Source of the DNA: Macrostomum lignano | Taxonomy: Eukaryota | Assembly (NCBI GenBank): GCA_002269645.1 | Contig: NIVC01002666.1 | Location: 1 to 59,110 of the forward strand | Length of the DNA: 59,110 bases | Reading direction: 5' to 3' | Shown: one piece after another, positions 57,436 through 59,110 of the stretch | Position numbering within the stretch: position 1 is the first letter of the stretch | Layout: the number at the start of each line of letters is the position of its first letter | Made by a program: the position numbers and the translations under genes | The notes under the pieces: model-generated | The model's input: only the letters and a program-made list of their open reading frames with translations | Databases searched by the model: none | Told to the model about the DNA's origin: nothing

Positions 57436-58420
57436 TATTTGGTGCACCAGAAATCTCTTGCAGTTTTTACAGATTCCTTTTTTTTAAATCAATGTATGCT
57501 GCTTGGACAAACAGCTGCGTTTAGAAACCAGACACTGTGCAACCTGATTGCGGCCAACCCAGCCACATCATGCGCCAACATCGCAGTTGAGCTTGGGTGC
57601 AGTGAATCAACTGTCTGCGATCACTTGCAAACCCCTGGCTTCACCAAAAAGCTGACCAAGTGGGTGCCACATCAGTTGTCACCAGAGAACAAGCAGAAGT
57701 GGGTGGAAATCTGCCAGCTGTTTTGGAACAAACATGATCCTTTCATTGACAGGATTGTCACCTGCTATGAAAAATGGGTGCTCCATGACAACACACATTG
57801 CTCTGCTGAGTGGTCACGCCTAGGTAAAGCGGTTGGACAGTCAGCAAAGCAGGAACTGCACCCGAAGAAGATCTTGATGACCATGTGGTGGACAACATGT
57901 GGCATGCTATATAAACTTCCTTCCACGCAAGCAAACCATCATAGCTGACCACTACAGCAGCTAGCTATGCACTGTACATGAGAAACTGCAGTAGAAGCAG
58001 TCATCTCTTGTCAACCACAAAGGTGTTCTACTCTTTCAAGATAATGCAAGGCCACATATGGCTATTTGCACATGTCAAATGCTAACAAATCTCAGCTGAG
58101 AGATTCTGCCGCATCCACCGTATAGTCTAGACATCTCCCCATGTGACTACCATCTATTTCTTCTATTGGCCAACTTTTTGGCCAAGAAGAAATTTGCTAG
58201 CGACAAAGAGCTAAAGCTGAATATCACGAACTTCTTTGACTCAAAGATTGCTGAATTCTACAAGAAGGGCATACATCTTCTTTTAGAAAGGTGGCAGAAG
58301 GTTGTGGATTCTGGTGGCGACTATTTCAATAAGTGAAAATATGCTGAGCTGCAGCTAAGCTGCTTTGCAAGATGTGTTAGTAAAACTGCAAGAACTGTCT
58401 AATGCACTGGATAGATGTAT
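57436..58420 (+). mobile_element. Degenerate, 5'-deleted mariner (DD34D) transposon
   Basis: KKLTKWVPHQL, RIVTCYEKW (D1 lost), LHPKKILMTMWW, FQDNARPH, HPPYSLDISPCDYHLF, ERWQKVVDSGGDYF. Decayed TIRs share TCTTGCAGTTTT; stops and frameshifts are present. Confidence 0.9.
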
Positions 58421-59110
58421 AATATATAGAATTTCAAAAGATATTAAGTTTATCTTTAAAATATACTTTCAATATAGCATAGACCTAAATCTAAATAAAT
58501 ATAGATATAGCCTTAATTAATAGTACAATAAAAATATAATGGCTAGGCTTATAGATTTATATATAAACGTTATTGGCTTAGAAAATTACAAATATGCTAA
58601 CCCCTATCTCTCTTATTCTAATACCCCAATGCCCCTAAGTATAAGCCTAGTCTATCCTAATCCAACCAGCTCCTTTTCTAGATATTTAGGCCTAACCTTA
58701 TGTATGCAATATGTATATCAATTTAGTTTGTCTTATCTAAGTGATTACATTATTAATAAATTAGTTTTACAAGTTTTAACATCTTTGGTTGGACACATGA
58801 TATTAAGTTCAGTAATTATCTTAAACTGATTGTTAAGACTTTATTATTTTATTAGCTTAATAGCAATAAATTAGCCTTGGTGAACTAAACTAAAAGGAGT
58901 TTTTAGGCTAATTCAAGTTAATTATATAATTATATTCTAAATTGTTTTTTAATTGTCAGAAATCATATAATTATATTTTAAACTTTTTTTAATTGTCAGA
59001 AATCATATACACATAACTAACTACTGAATTAACCGGCTTAGAAGTTAGATACTAACGCGCAGAACCAAAAATCTAGGCGCATCTCTAGTTTTACTTGCGC
59101 TATCGTTTAT

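Overview
Eukaryotic (animal) genomic DNA with GC-rich exons, AT-rich short introns, and long introns filled by minisatellites. This style suggests a free-living flatworm such as Macrostomum; that is an inference, not verified. Six host genes can be spliced together by hand: the 3' end of USO1/p115 (+), RPL26 (+), a two-exon P2X receptor with an altered ATP site (-), spermine synthase (+), a WS/DGAT-family acyltransferase with a ~52-Q tract (-), and a classical PX-PH-HKD phospholipase D (-). Mobile DNA is abundant. A Chapaev-type (RAG1/Transib-related) DDE element with 303-bp inverted ends and a TTCT target duplication sits inside the first coding exon of spermine synthase. A ~6.9-kb cassette bounded by long inverted arms holds a Crypton tyrosine recombinase, a dead Chapaev and a deleted Tc1/IS630 element. 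There is also a hAT-type MITE inflated to 3.2 kb by its own satellite, two tRNA-derived SINE copies and a degenerate mariner. More than 20 tandem arrays are present, and most long ORFs in the supplied track are artefacts of them. A ~140-nt structured Pol III-like ncRNA candidate lies at 25.0-25.2 kb. Several host exons need single-base indel corrections, mostly in G/C runs, so some frameshifts are probably assembly errors. All coordinates were counted by hand and no database search was run.
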